This document shows positions 38,732 through 48,080 of a stretch of 64,000 nucleotides of DNA, piece after piece. The notes under the pieces were generated by a model that searched no databases, had not been told where the DNA came from, and saw only the letters and a list, made by a program, of their open reading frames with translations. The stretch spans positions 32,001 through 96,000 of the forward strand of contig JBGAQA010000004.1 in NCBI GenBank assembly GCA_044220955.1, in the 5' to 3' direction. This stretch comes from Sandaracinaceae bacterium (lineage in GTDB: Bacteria; Myxococcota_A; Polyangia; Polyangiales; Sandaracinaceae). Each line of letters opens with the position of its first letter. Within the stretch, counting starts at the first letter, position 1. The position numbers and the translations under genes were made by a program.

Positions 38732-39277
38732 TCAGCGACGCTTCCCCGCCTGCGGCGTGGGCTCCTCGCCTCGTCGCAGCCACATCAGCACCATGACGAT
38801 GCCTCCGGCGAAGAGGCAGACCCCCACGGCCCCCGTGAAGACCGCGGACGGCGCGCCAGACACGATGGCGAGCAGCGCACACGCGGCCGCCCACGCGCTC
38901 AGACCGGCGCCCAGCGCCGCGCGGACGGCGAACGCGCGCCACGTCTTCGTCGTCAGCGCCGCGTGGATCCACAGCGGCACGGCCACGGCGGCGGCCGCGA
39001 GCGTCGGGATCCTCAGGCCGGCCTGGGCGAGCGTCGGCCAGGCGAGCGCGCCGAGCGCGAGCACGAGCGCACAGAGCCCGATCGCGACGACGAGCGCGGT
39101 GCCGCGGCGCGCGGTGTCGCTCTGCGAGTGGTCCCCGGCTGCGAGGCGCGCGGCCTCGCTCGACGACGCGCGCTCGCCCTCCGCGCGCACGCTGCTCTTG
39201 CGCAGGCACCTCGGGCAGCGCGCGTCGCCGCTCTCGAACGCATGCCCGCACCGGTCGCAGACGTAGCGCGCGCTCAT
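38732..39277 (-). CDS. Zn-ribbon membrane protein
   Basis: YVCDRCG..CPRC followed by about four hydrophobic helices. Confidence 0.65.
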   Translation of the reverse strand: MSARYVCDRCGHAFESGDARCPRCLRKSSVRAEGERASSSEAARLAAGDHSQSDTARRGTALVVAIGLCALVLALGALAWPTLAQAGLRIPTLAAAAVAVPLWIHAALTTKTWRAFAVRAALGAGLSAWAAACALLAIVSGAPSAVFTGAVGVCLFAGGIVMVLMWLRRGEEPTPQAGKRR

Positions 39278-39278
39278 G

Positions 39279-39746
39279 TCAATGGAGCACGAGCTCGTGT
39301 GCGTCCGGCTCTCGCGCCTTCTCGGCGACCAGCAGGGGGACCATCTTGTCGAAACAAGTCGCGTCCACGCGCACGCCTCGCTCGGGCAGCCCGACCTTGG
39401 CGCCCTCGAGCTCGGGCACGAAGAGAATGGGCTGCGCCGCGCCGTCGTAGCCCAGCTGGACCAGGAGCGAGGCCTCGAAGAGGCGGCACTTCTTCTCGCA
39501 GCAGTGGAAGGCCTCCGTGACGCAATAGAACCCCTCGGCCGCCAGCGGCTCGAGCGCGGCGGCGCTGGCCTCGCTCGGCAGGGAGTGCCCGTTCGCGGAG
39601 AAGCGCGCCCGGTTTCCTTCCCAGCGCTCGGGGAGATAGAGGCCCGCGCCCGGGTTGCCGTGGTTGTGGAAGTAGACGAGGCGTCCGGCCGGGATCGGTC
39701 CGATGGCCTCGCGGGTCCGGTACATGCCGCAGGGGGGAAGAGCCAT
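39279..39746 (-). CDS. Hypothetical protein
   Basis: Clean 155-aa ORF (LVYFHNHGNPG, FHCCEKKC, LVQLGY) directly upstream of the Zn-ribbon gene. Confidence 0.75.
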   Translation of the reverse strand: MALPPCGMYRTREAIGPIPAGRLVYFHNHGNPGAGLYLPERWEGNRARFSANGHSLPSEASAAALEPLAAEGFYCVTEAFHCCEKKCRLFEASLLVQLGYDGAAQPILFVPELEGAKVGLPERGVRVDATCFDKMVPLLVAEKAREPDAHELVLH

Positions 39747-39787
39747 GCGCGGGAGGATGGGGCCGCCCGAGGAAAACGTCGATGGGG

Positions 39788-39813
39788 TGTAAGGCCGGCC
39801 GGCTCGCTCCGTT
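39788..39813 (+). promoter_or_regulatory. Putative ECF sigma promoter TGTAAG-N16-CGTT (vWA/ECF operon)
   Basis: The same motif and spacing recur at 44044-44069; followed by GGAGG and GTG 39832. Confidence 0.65.
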
Positions 39814-39831
39814 CTTCGGGTGGAGGTGCCC

Positions 39832-41295
39832 GTGCGTCACTCCCCGGCTCTCGCGTTCGTCCTCGCCCTCTTCTCCGCCAGCGGATGCGGCGGCAGCAGC
39901 GCCTCGTACGCGCGCTTCCGCCGCGCGGCGACGGAGGGCGCGATCGTGCGCGCCGAGGAGGTGCGCGCCGCGGACTTCATCGACGTACACGCGGAAGAGG
40001 ACGCGCCGCGGCCGCCGATCGGGGCGACGAGCACGCTCCCCGTGCTGCTCGACGCGCGCCTCGGGTCCTCGACCCTCGCGGCGAGCGGCGGTCGCGCGAT
40101 CGTCCAGGTCTCGATCCGCGGCGGCACATCCCTCGTGCGGGAGGCCGCCAACGTCGTGGTCGTGATCGACGTCTCCGGCTCGATGCAGGAGGACGACAAG
40201 ATCGGCGCGGTCCGCCAGGCGCTCGCGCGCTTCGTCGAAGGGCTCGACCCGCGCGATCGCATCGCGATCGTGACCTTCGCCGACGACGCCTTCGTCGCGC
40301 TGCCGCCCGCCGACGTCGGCGCGGCGCGCGCGACCATCCTCGGCGCGATCGGGGGCCTGCGCGCGTACGGCGCCACCAACCTCGGCGCGGGCCTCGAGCG
40401 CGGGCTCGCGATCGCCCAGGCGATGCAGGCGCAGACCGGCGCGCCCGTGACGCGCGTCGTGCTCCTCTCGGATGGTGTGGCGACGGTCGGGCAGACGCGG
40501 CCCGACGTGCTCGCGCGCTACGCCGATGCCGCGCGCGCGCGGACGATCGCGCTCACCACGATCGGCCTGGGCGAGCAGATCGACTTCGGGCTCCTCGAGT
40601 CCCTCGCGAACGGCGCGGGCGGCGCCTTCCACTACGTCGACCGGCCGGCGGAGGTCGAGCGCGTGTTCGGCCGCGAGCTCTCGGCGCTCACCGGGATCGC
40701 GGCGCGCGACGCGCACGTACGCGTCACGCTTCCGCCGGGCGCCGTGCTCGCGCGCAGCTACGACGAGCGGACGCGCCTCGAGGGGAACGTGCTCGACACC
40801 GCGCTCGGCGACGTGGCCGCGGACGAGGCGCTCGTGATCGTGCACGAGATCGATCTGCCGCCGGGAGCCGGCATGGTGGCGATCCCGGTCGACGTCGCGC
40901 TCGGCTCGCTCGACCGCTCGGCGGCGGCGGTCGCAGAGACCTCGCTCGTGCTCACGCAGAACGGCTCGGCCACGAGCCCGCCCCTCGACGCGTCGGTGCT
41001 CCGCAACGTCACGCTCGGGCGCATCGCGTGGTCGGTGCGCGAGGCGAGCCACCTCGTCGACCTCGGCGACTCGGTCCGGGCCGGCGGCTTCGCGCACGGC
41101 GCGCTCGCGGAGGCGCGGGCGGCACAGGCCACGCTGCGGGCGATGGGCGAGGTGGCGCGCGCTGCGTCGCTCGACGAGCCCATCGCGCTGCTCGAGCGCA
41201 CGGCAGCGCTCCTGCCCGACCCGACCGCGAGCCCGGCGGCCTCCGGGGGGTGGACCGTGGCGCCGGTGAGCGCGTCGTTCGCCGGCTGGCGGTGA
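39832..41295 (+). CDS. vWA-domain lipoprotein
   Basis: Lipobox ASGC; MIDAS DVSGSM, GATN, VVLLSDG. Confidence 0.9.
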   Translation: MRHSPALAFVLALFSASGCGGSSASYARFRRAATEGAIVRAEEVRAADFIDVHAEEDAPRPPIGATSTLPVLLDARLGSSTLAASGGRAIVQVSIRGGTSLVREAANVVVVIDVSGSMQEDDKIGAVRQALARFVEGLDPRDRIAIVTFADDAFVALPPADVGAARATILGAIGGLRAYGATNLGAGLERGLAIAQAMQAQTGAPVTRVVLLSDGVATVGQTRPDVLARYADAARARTIALTTIGLGEQIDFGLLESLANGAGGAFHYVDRPAEVERVFGRELSALTGIAARDAHVRVTLPPGAVLARSYDERTRLEGNVLDTALGDVAADEALVIVHEIDLPPGAGMVAIPVDVALGSLDRSAAAVAETSLVLTQNGSATSPPLDASVLRNVTLGRIAWSVREASHLVDLGDSVRAGGFAHGALAEARAAQATLRAMGEVARAASLDEPIALLERTAALLPDPTASPAASGGWTVAPVSASFAGWR

Positions 41296-41329
41296 GCACC
41301 TGCTTCTGGCCTATCCTCGCCCCGCACGC

Positions 41330-41935
41330 GTGGGGCCCCCGAGCACGAACGACGAGTGGGACGTCGCGCGCGAGCGCGATCTCTGCGGGCGCGCCATCGC
41401 CGGCGACGCCGCCGCGCTCCGCGCGCTGCTCGATCACTTCTCCGGACCGCTCCACGACGCCATCATCCTGCCGCGCGTGGGATCGCGCGCCGACGCGGGC
41501 GAGATCCTCGAGGACACGCTCTCGCGCGCGGTGGAGCGCATCGCCGACTTCCGCTGGGACGAGGGGCGCGGGATGTGGCCCTGGCTTCGCCGGATCGCGA
41601 TCCACCGCATCGTGGACGGCGCGCGAAGGCGGAGCGCGGAGCGGCGCATGACCGAGCGCTACGAGGCCGAGGTGGCGGTGCTGCCGCCCCGCATCGAGGC
41701 GGGCGCCGAGGCGGAGCTGATCGAGGCCGAGGAGCTGCGCGCGCGGGAGGTGCGCCTGCGTGCGGCGCTCGACGCGCTGAACGAGCGCTACCGCCGCGCG
41801 ATCGAGCTGCGCATCTTCGACGATCGGAGCCGCGAGGCGTGCGCGGAGGCGCTCGGCGTGACGGTGCCGACGTTCGACGTCGTGCTCCACCGCGCGCTCG
41901 CCGCGTTGAAGAAGAGCTTCGGAGCCCTCACATGA
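41330..41935 (+). CDS. ECF RNA polymerase sigma factor
   Basis: GDAAAL..L, DAGEILEDT, PWLRRIA.H..D, region 4 AIELR....REACAEALG......LHRA. Confidence 0.9.
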   Translation: MGPPSTNDEWDVARERDLCGRAIAGDAAALRALLDHFSGPLHDAIILPRVGSRADAGEILEDTLSRAVERIADFRWDEGRGMWPWLRRIAIHRIVDGARRRSAERRMTERYEAEVAVLPPRIEAGAEAELIEAEELRAREVRLRAALDALNERYRRAIELRIFDDRSREACAEALGVTVPTFDVVLHRALAALKKSFGALT

Positions 41936-41948
41936 AGAGGAGTGAGCC

Positions 41949-42428
41949 ATGAGCGCGATCGACGACGAGCCCGAGCCGACCGAGGAGGAGCTGCGCGCCG
42001 CCGCCGAGCTCGCGCGCGCGCTGGACGCGAAGCGGGACCCCGCGCCGGGCTCCGACGCGGCGTTCGCGGCCGCGCTGAAGGCGACGCGGAGACCGGAGCC
42101 GCTCGCCGGTGAGCGGAAGGCGCAGGCGATCGAGCGTGCGATGGTCCGGGGGGCGTCCGCGTCGCGGGCGCGCACGCGCAGCCGCTGGCTGGCCGCCGCG
42201 GCCGCCGTGCTGCTCGCGGCCTCGCTCCCGATCGGCTGGGCGCTGAGCGGCGTCGGCGCGCGGGAAGGGGCGGGGAGCACCGCTCCGATCGCGGCGTTCG
42301 GCGGGCCGACCGATGCGCTCTTCGCCGCGCCGTTCCCCGACGAGCAGCGCGCGAGCGAGCGCATGGATCGCATCGCGACGGCGCGCGCGCACGACTACTT
42401 CGCGGTCCTCGCGGCAGGTGCCCGATGA
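41949..42428 (+). CDS. Putative single-TM anti-sigma factor
   Basis: Follows the ECF gene; acidic N-terminus and one TM (RWLAAAAAVLLAA). Confidence 0.6.
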   Translation: MSAIDDEPEPTEEELRAAAELARALDAKRDPAPGSDAAFAAALKATRRPEPLAGERKAQAIERAMVRGASASRARTRSRWLAAAAAVLLAASLPIGWALSGVGAREGAGSTAPIAAFGGPTDALFAAPFPDEQRASERMDRIATARAHDYFAVLAAGAR

Positions 42429-42976
42429 GGGCGCTGGTGGTCCTCGGGGTCGGGCTCGCCGTCGCCGTCGTCGGCTGCGCGGAGCAGCGCAGCGGCGGGG
42501 CTCCGGGGAGGCCCTCGCAGGGGCTGCTCTCGGCGATCGGCACGGCGCAGGCGCTCCAGCACGAGTCCGACGAGCTCGAGGCGCGCGGCGAGCTCCCGGG
42601 CGCGATCGCGGCCGCACGGCGGATCCTCGACGTCCCCTTCCCCCCGGACGCGGCGGAGCGCGAGGACGTGCGGCTCGACGCCTACGGGCGCATCGCGGAG
42701 CTCGAGCTCGCCCGCGAGGACACGGCCGCGGCCGAGGCGCAGGCCGACGCGGGCCTGCGCGAGTCCACGCGCGACAGCTACTTCCGCGCGCGCCTGCACG
42801 TCGTGCTCGGCCGGGTGCACCAGAGCCGCGCCGCCCACCTGCGCGACACCGGAGACGCGACCGGCGCGCGCACCGAGTCGGAGGCGGCGATCGACGAGCT
42901 CGAGCGCAGCATCGCCATCAACCGCGTCGTGCTCGGCCTCACCGCCGCGCCCGACGCTCCGGGAGGAACGCCATGA
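42425..42976 (+). CDS. TPR-like helical lipoprotein
   Basis: Lipobox VVGC; helical repeats; ATGA overlaps on both sides. Confidence 0.7.
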   Translation: MRALVVLGVGLAVAVVGCAEQRSGGAPGRPSQGLLSAIGTAQALQHESDELEARGELPGAIAAARRILDVPFPPDAAEREDVRLDAYGRIAELELAREDTAAAEAQADAGLRESTRDSYFRARLHVVLGRVHQSRAAHLRDTGDATGARTESEAAIDELERSIAINRVVLGLTAAPDAPGGTP

Positions 42977-43410
42977 TCCGCTCGCTCGCTCGCTACGCTC
43001 CCTGGCTCGCCCTGCTCGTGCTCCCGTTCGTGGCCTCGTGCGGCGGCGCCTCGACGCTGCAGCGCCCCGACGCGCGGCCCGATCCGCTGCGCGAGATGGA
43101 CGCGCAGGAGGCGCGCCTGCACGCCGCCGAGCAGGCGCTCGAGGAGGCCGGGCCCGCGTGCGAGCAGCGCTGCCACGCGGGCACGTCCATCTGCGACGCC
43201 GCGCGGCGGATCTGCCAGCTCGCGGACGAGCTCGGCGACGAGCGCTCTCACGGGCGCTGCGAGCGCGCCCAGTCTTCGTGCGGCGAGGCGACCACGCGCG
43301 TCTCGGAGTGCGCATGCGCGCCGGCCGACGCGGACGCCGGTCGCGCGTCGGTCGAGCGCCCCGCTCAGGGGCAGGGGTTGGCGGCGTCGTGCGCCTCGAC
43401 CGAGGGGTAG
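42973..43410 (+). CDS. Small Cys-rich helical lipoprotein
   Basis: Lipobox VASC; CEQRC..ICDAARRIC..CERAQSSC..CAC; SD GGAGG. Confidence 0.75.
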   Translation: MIRSLARYAPWLALLVLPFVASCGGASTLQRPDARPDPLREMDAQEARLHAAEQALEEAGPACEQRCHAGTSICDAARRICQLADELGDERSHGRCERAQSSCGEATTRVSECACAPADADAGRASVERPAQGQGLAASCASTEG

Positions 43411-44024
43411 TAGCCCTCGGCGAAGCGATAGACGTCGGCGCAGCCGGTCGCGGAGAGCGTCTCGTAGCCGGTGCGGTGACCGCAGTAGAGGCGCGTGACC
43501 GAGGTCGCGAAGTGCCACTCGCAGCTCGCGTCGCACGTGGCGTCCGACGCGATCGCCGCGGCGGTGTTCGGGAAGTGCGCGCCGTCCGGATCGAACGCGT
43601 AGAAGGGCGGGCAGCGAGGGGCGTCGCTCGTGAAGTGGCTGACGAAGACGTAGTCCGCGCCGCAGAGCACGACGACCTCGTCGACGGCGACGTAGCTGCA
43701 CGCCGCGATGTCCGCGTCCCCGCCGGCGGCGGCGTCGTGCGTGTTGAACGCGTCGATCGTGCTGCCGGTGTCGGCGCCGCCGCCGGAGTCGCGGGCGAGC
43801 GCGGCGTCGTCCGTGGCTCCGGTGTCGCTCCCCGACGCGGCGTCGGTCCCGGCGTCGCCGGTCGTGGTCCCGGTGTCGGAGGTCGAGCCTGCGTCGATGA
43901 CCGAGCCCGCGTCGCTTCCGGACGCGGCGTCGGTGCCCGGGGTCGCGCCTCCGCCGCATCCGGCGGGCAGGGCGAGCAGGGCGAGCACGAGAGAGGAGGA
44001 AACGGCGATCGGTCTGGAAGTCAT
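43365..44024 (-). CDS. Cys-containing lipoprotein with DAG/DTG linker
   Basis: Lipobox LPAGC; its 3' end overlaps the convergent gene by 46 bp. Confidence 0.75.
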   Translation of the reverse strand: MTSRPIAVSSSLVLALLALPAGCGGGATPGTDAASGSDAGSVIDAGSTSDTGTTTGDAGTDAASGSDTGATDDAALARDSGGGADTGSTIDAFNTHDAAAGGDADIAACSYVAVDEVVVLCGADYVFVSHFTSDAPRCPPFYAFDPDGAHFPNTAAAIASDATCDASCEWHFATSVTRLYCGHRTGYETLSATGCADVYRFAEGYYPSVEAHDAANPCP

Positions 44025-44043
44025 ATCCCCGAGGGATGACCGG

Positions 44044-44069
44044 TGTAAGGCCGGCGCGCCACGTCCGTT
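44044..44069 (+). promoter_or_regulatory. Putative ECF sigma promoter TGTAAG-N16-CGTT (beta-barrel gene)
   Basis: GGTGTAAGGCCGGC is identical to the 39786-39799 site, with CGTT at the same spacing. Confidence 0.65.
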
Positions 44070-44103
44070 GTTCCCGTGACCGCGCGCAGACCGCGCGCCG
44101 GAG

Positions 44104-44892
44104 GTGAACGTGACGCGACTGGCTCTCCCGGCCTTCTCCTTTCTTCTGTTCCCGCTGCTGCTCGGCTCGGCCGCTCCGCAGGTCGTCACCGAGCCCGCCG
44201 GCTGCCGCGACGCGACGGGCGAGCCGATCCCCTGCGCCGCGACCTCGCCGCCGCCTCCCCCCGCGCCCGCGGGCGATGCCCACACCCACCGGGGGAGCGA
44301 GGCGGGCTACGTCGATGTCTATCCGTATCTCGACGTGATCGACCTCGGCAACGTCCGCTTCACCCCGGACACTCCGCACTCGGTCCCCGAGATCGAGCGC
44401 GGCTCGCACCTCGAGGGCTTCGCGCACGACTTCGATCAGGGGATGGGCGGGATCACGCTCGGCTTCGGCTACCGGCCCGTGCCCTGGCTACGCCTCCCGG
44501 ACGCACGCTTCACGTTCGGCTACGGCGACTTCGCCGCGGGCTCGGTCGACGTGGTCGGCGGTGCGCAGGCGCTCACCGCGGCGCTCCACGACTGCTGGAT
44601 GGTCCGCGCCCAGATCGGCGGCGGCGTCGACATCGACGTCGACCCGGTGCGCTTCTACGCGCTCGGCCACGTCTCGGTCGGCGGCTACTTCCTCCAGGTG
44701 GACGTGAACGGCAGCTCGATCGGCAGCCTCGGGAGCGACACGTACTCGGCCACCTCGCTCGAGGCCGGCTGGACCGCGGGCATCGAGATGGAGCTCGACC
44801 CGGACATCGCCTACACGTTCGGCTACCGCCACGTGCACACGGGCGTCGAGCAGAACACGTTCTTCTTCGGCGTGAACATCCGCATCCGGTGA
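44104..44892 (+). CDS. Outer-membrane beta-barrel protein
   Basis: Signal peptide, alternating amphipathic strands, C-terminal FFFGVNIRIR. Confidence 0.75.
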   Translation: MNVTRLALPAFSFLLFPLLLGSAAPQVVTEPAGCRDATGEPIPCAATSPPPPPAPAGDAHTHRGSEAGYVDVYPYLDVIDLGNVRFTPDTPHSVPEIERGSHLEGFAHDFDQGMGGITLGFGYRPVPWLRLPDARFTFGYGDFAAGSVDVVGGAQALTAALHDCWMVRAQIGGGVDIDVDPVRFYALGHVSVGGYFLQVDVNGSSIGSLGSDTYSATSLEAGWTAGIEMELDPDIAYTFGYRHVHTGVEQNTFFFGVNIRIR

Positions 44893-44954
44893 GCGATCGC
44901 TCGCTCGTTTTCCTTTCTCGGGCAACGAAATCCGGCTAGATCGCTCCCGCCCCG

Positions 44955-45347
44955 ATGATCTGGCTCGTGCGCTCGGCGATGTGCGCCTTCTACCCGCGGA
45001 CCGACGATCTGCCCGGCCTCGAGGACGTGGGCATCGACGCGTTCCTGGTGCAGTTCAAGCGCGAGACCACGTTCCTCATGTGGCTCGGCACGGTGCTCGG
45101 CGCGCTCGTCTATCACCTCTCGCCGCTCCTCACGATCTTCGTCCCGCTGCCGGCGCTGCTCCTCACGAAGCGCCTGCGCGACGAGCACGCGCACAAGCTC
45201 GGCGCGCACCCGATCTACCTGGTGCGGCAGACCGCGATGCTCGTGAAGCTGCCGGCGGGTCTCTGCTGGGGGCGGCACCCCGACGTGCGGAAGAAGTTCG
45301 CGCTGCCGGTGCTGCCGCCGGATCCCGACACGTGGAGGACGAGTTGA
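44955..45347 (+). CDS. Small partner subunit of the GMC oxidoreductase (gluconate dehydrogenase subunit 3-like)
   Basis: 130 aa directly upstream of the GMC gene; YLVRQ...LVKL.A.LCW...P.V. Confidence 0.65.
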   Translation: MIWLVRSAMCAFYPRTDDLPGLEDVGIDAFLVQFKRETTFLMWLGTVLGALVYHLSPLLTIFVPLPALLLTKRLRDEHAHKLGAHPIYLVRQTAMLVKLPAGLCWGRHPDVRKKFALPVLPPDPDTWRTS

Positions 45348-45448
45348 ATTGCATCGGCTCGCCTCTGCGGTCCCTCCCGTCCGCGCCCGTGCGGGCGCTC
45401 CCGTCCGGGCCCTCCGCGGCGAGCACTCCGGTGGACACGTGGAGGACG
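45327..45448. mobile_element. 92-bp palindromic insertion flanked by a 15-bp direct repeat (MITE/REP-like)
   Basis: GACACGTGGAGGACG at 45327-45341 and 45434-45448; internal inverted repeat GCTCGCC/GGCGAGC, hairpin GCGCCCG-TG-CGGGCGC, and CTCCCGTCCG twice. Confidence 0.6.
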
Positions 45449-45450
45449 TC

Positions 45451-46980
45451 GTGAGCCACGTCTCCTTCCGCGAGCGCGGCGAGCCGCCCTACGAGGCCGA
45501 CGTCGACTACGTGGTGATCGGCAGCGGCGCGGGCGGCGCAGCGGCGGCCTCCACGCTCAGCCGCGCGGGCGCGAGCGTCGCGATCGTGGAGGCCGGCGCG
45601 TGGCGCGATCCGGGCGACTACCCGCACTCGACGTACGGCTCCTTCCGCGACCTGATGGACGACTGGGGCGCGCAGCTGGCGATGGGCCGCGCCATCTGGC
45701 CGATCGTGCAGGCGCGCTGCATGGGCGGCACCACGGTCATCAACTCCGCCATCTGCGTGCGCACGCCCGGCGACGTGTTCGACCGCTGGGAGCGCGAGGC
45801 GGGGATCGGGGGCGCCGCGGGCGGCCGCGGCACGCTGCGCGACCGGGTGTGGGCGCACCAGGACGCGCTCGAGCGCGAGCTCTCCGTCGAGGAGGTGCCG
45901 GCGGCGGCGCGCGGACGCTCGAACGAGCTGGCGTTCCTCGGCGGCGAGCGCGCGGGCTTCCCCGAGAGCCACTACATGCGCCGCTACGTGAAGGGCTGCA
46001 TCGGCTCGGGCCAGTGCCTGCAGGGCTGCCGCGCGCTCAAGAAGCAGAGCACCAACATCACGCTCGTTCCCGAGGTCGAGGCCCAGGGCCTCGTCGTCTC
46101 GTCGGCGCCGGTCGAGCGCATCGTGATCGACGGCCGGCGCGCGACCGGCGTGCGCGGTCACTTCGTGCACCCGCGTACGCGCGCGCGGGGCGCCACGTTC
46201 CACGTGCGCGCGAAGAAGGCCGTGCTCGTCGCGGCTTCCGTCACGCACACGCCGGTGATCCTCATGGCGTCCGGCGTGAAGAGCCGAGCGCTCGGCAAGT
46301 TCTTCCGCGCGCACCCGGGCACGGGGGTCTTCGGCTGCTACGACGACCCCGTCGACCAGAACGTGGGCGCGACGCAGGGCTGGGCGTCGACGGGCTTCCG
46401 CGAGCATCCCGGCCTGAAGCTCGAGACGCTCGCGATCCCGCTCGAGCTCGTCGCGTCGCGCTTCTCGGGCGGCGGCGTCGAGCTGATGAAGCGCATCTCG
46501 CAGTACCGCCACGTCGCGATGTGGTGCCACGCCGTGCGCGCCGAGTCGGTCGGCTCGGTGAGCCGCTCGATGCTCACGGGCAAGCCCGTCGTCCGCTACG
46601 GCCTCGACCAGGCCGACATGCTGAAGTTCCGGGAGGGCATGTACCTGCTCGGCAAGCAGCACGTGGCCGCGGGCGCCAAGGAGCTGATCACGGGCATCGC
46701 GGGCTGGCCCTTCAAGACGAGGGCGGACGAGGTCGAGAAGCTCAAGGGCGCGCCGCTCGATCCGCGCGCGTACATCGCGATCCTCTCGCACCTCTTCGGC
46801 GGGGCCGTGATGGGCAGCGATCCGACGCGGGCGGTCACCGACGGCCGCGGTCGCGTGCACGGCTACGAGGGCCTCGTCGTCTGCGACGCGTCGGTCATCC
46901 CGTCGAACCTCGGGGTGAACCCGCAGCACACGATCATGGGGCTCGCCCGCACGTTCGCGGAGGATCTGCTCGAGGCGTAG
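45451..46980 (+). CDS. GMC family oxidoreductase
   Basis: DYVVIGSGAGG, GGTTVINS, C.GSG.C..GC, SHLFG, DASVIPSNLGVNP..TIM. GTG 45451 after GGAGG. Confidence 0.93.
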   Translation: MSHVSFRERGEPPYEADVDYVVIGSGAGGAAAASTLSRAGASVAIVEAGAWRDPGDYPHSTYGSFRDLMDDWGAQLAMGRAIWPIVQARCMGGTTVINSAICVRTPGDVFDRWEREAGIGGAAGGRGTLRDRVWAHQDALERELSVEEVPAAARGRSNELAFLGGERAGFPESHYMRRYVKGCIGSGQCLQGCRALKKQSTNITLVPEVEAQGLVVSSAPVERIVIDGRRATGVRGHFVHPRTRARGATFHVRAKKAVLVAASVTHTPVILMASGVKSRALGKFFRAHPGTGVFGCYDDPVDQNVGATQGWASTGFREHPGLKLETLAIPLELVASRFSGGGVELMKRISQYRHVAMWCHAVRAESVGSVSRSMLTGKPVVRYGLDQADMLKFREGMYLLGKQHVAAGAKELITGIAGWPFKTRADEVEKLKGAPLDPRAYIAILSHLFGGAVMGSDPTRAVTDGRGRVHGYEGLVVCDASVIPSNLGVNPQHTIMGLARTFAEDLLEA

Positions 46981-47148
46981 GCTCGCGGGGTGCGTGAGCG
47001 GCTGCGTCTCGATGCCCACGCCGCGGGCTTCACCTCCGCGCGAGGGTCGCCGGAGGCGGATCCGGCCTTCCCGTCGGCGGTGAGCGGCGGTTGACGCGTT
47101 TGTGCCGCGCACTCGACAATATCGAATGCGTTCGCCGCACGCGGCCTC

Positions 47149-47370
47149 GTGGTCCTGCGCGCCGCGAGGGAACATGGCGTGAGGCTGGTCACGATCACGC
47201 CGGTCGTGGCCGAGGGGTGGCGAGGCCGATCCCAGGTCCGCGATCGCGTCCGTCGCGTCGTCGCGCTCGTTCCGCGTCCCGTCGCGGCCGCCGAGGCCGC
47301 GGGCGTCGACCTCGCAGATCTCGAGCGGATCGGTGCCAGCTTCCCCTCCGTGCGCGTCCGGCGGACATGA
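47149..47370 (+). CDS. Possible small hypothetical protein
   Basis: 73-aa ORF whose stop overlaps the next ATG (ATGA); start uncertain. Confidence 0.3.
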   Translation: MVLRAAREHGVRLVTITPVVAEGWRGRSQVRDRVRRVVALVPRPVAAAEAAGVDLADLERIGASFPSVRVRRT

Positions 47371-48017
47371 AACGACCCCGCGTGACGCTCGAGCTCTCGT
47401 CGCCCTGGTTCGACCCGCTGCGTCCGATGCTGGCGCGCGTGAGCGTCGATCCGCTGCCGGACGCGGGCGCGCTGCAGGCGGCGCTCGGGGCGTTCGTCGC
47501 GCCGGAGCGGTTCGAGCCGCAGACGAAGAAGCGCTCGCGCGGCGTGCCGCTCTCGCTCGACGACCTCTACGAAGCGCGCATCGCGCGCCTCGGCGCGATC
47601 CCGACGCGCACGCACGCCCACGATCTGATGAACGCGCTCGTGTGGGCGACCTTCCCGCGCAGCAAGCGCGCGCTGGCTCAGCGCCAGTACCGGGCGCTCG
47701 TCGATCAGATCGGCGAGCGTCCGAGGAGGCTCCCGAACGCTCGGACGCGCGCGCGCGACGTGCTCGCGATGGTGGACGAGGGGGGCGTGCTCCTCTTGCG
47801 CGACCAGCCCATCGTCTTCGGTCACGCGATCCACGAGCACCTCGCGCAGCTGGAGGCGCCCGTGCGCGGCTACCCGATCCCGCTCGATCTCGAGCCTTCG
47901 TCGCCCGCCGCGGTGATCGACGCCGCGCTCGCTGCGTGGCTCGAGCGCCTCGACTGCGAGGCGGCGCGCCCCGACGCGGTCACGCTCGCGCGAGCGGAGC
48001 CGGGGGGCGCCCGCTGA
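47367..48017 (+). CDS. DUF3025 family protein
   Basis: YEARI...G.IPTR...HDLMNALVW..FP.SK, RD.L..VDEGG, FGHAI.E. Confidence 0.85.
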   Translation: MKRPRVTLELSSPWFDPLRPMLARVSVDPLPDAGALQAALGAFVAPERFEPQTKKRSRGVPLSLDDLYEARIARLGAIPTRTHAHDLMNALVWATFPRSKRALAQRQYRALVDQIGERPRRLPNARTRARDVLAMVDEGGVLLLRDQPIVFGHAIHEHLAQLEAPVRGYPIPLDLEPSSPAAVIDAALAAWLERLDCEAARPDAVTLARAEPGGAR

Positions 48018-48080
48018 GGGGCCTCGCTGTGCAACTCGTGCGCAGCGCGCACCCTTCGTACACGGCGCAGCGGTGGCCGC

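Noticed and set aside
45349..45450. N-terminal extension of the GMC ORF, and ORF 44981..45454
   Set aside because: Both run through the palindromic insert; GTG 45451 follows GGAGG and precedes the FAD motif at a normal distance.
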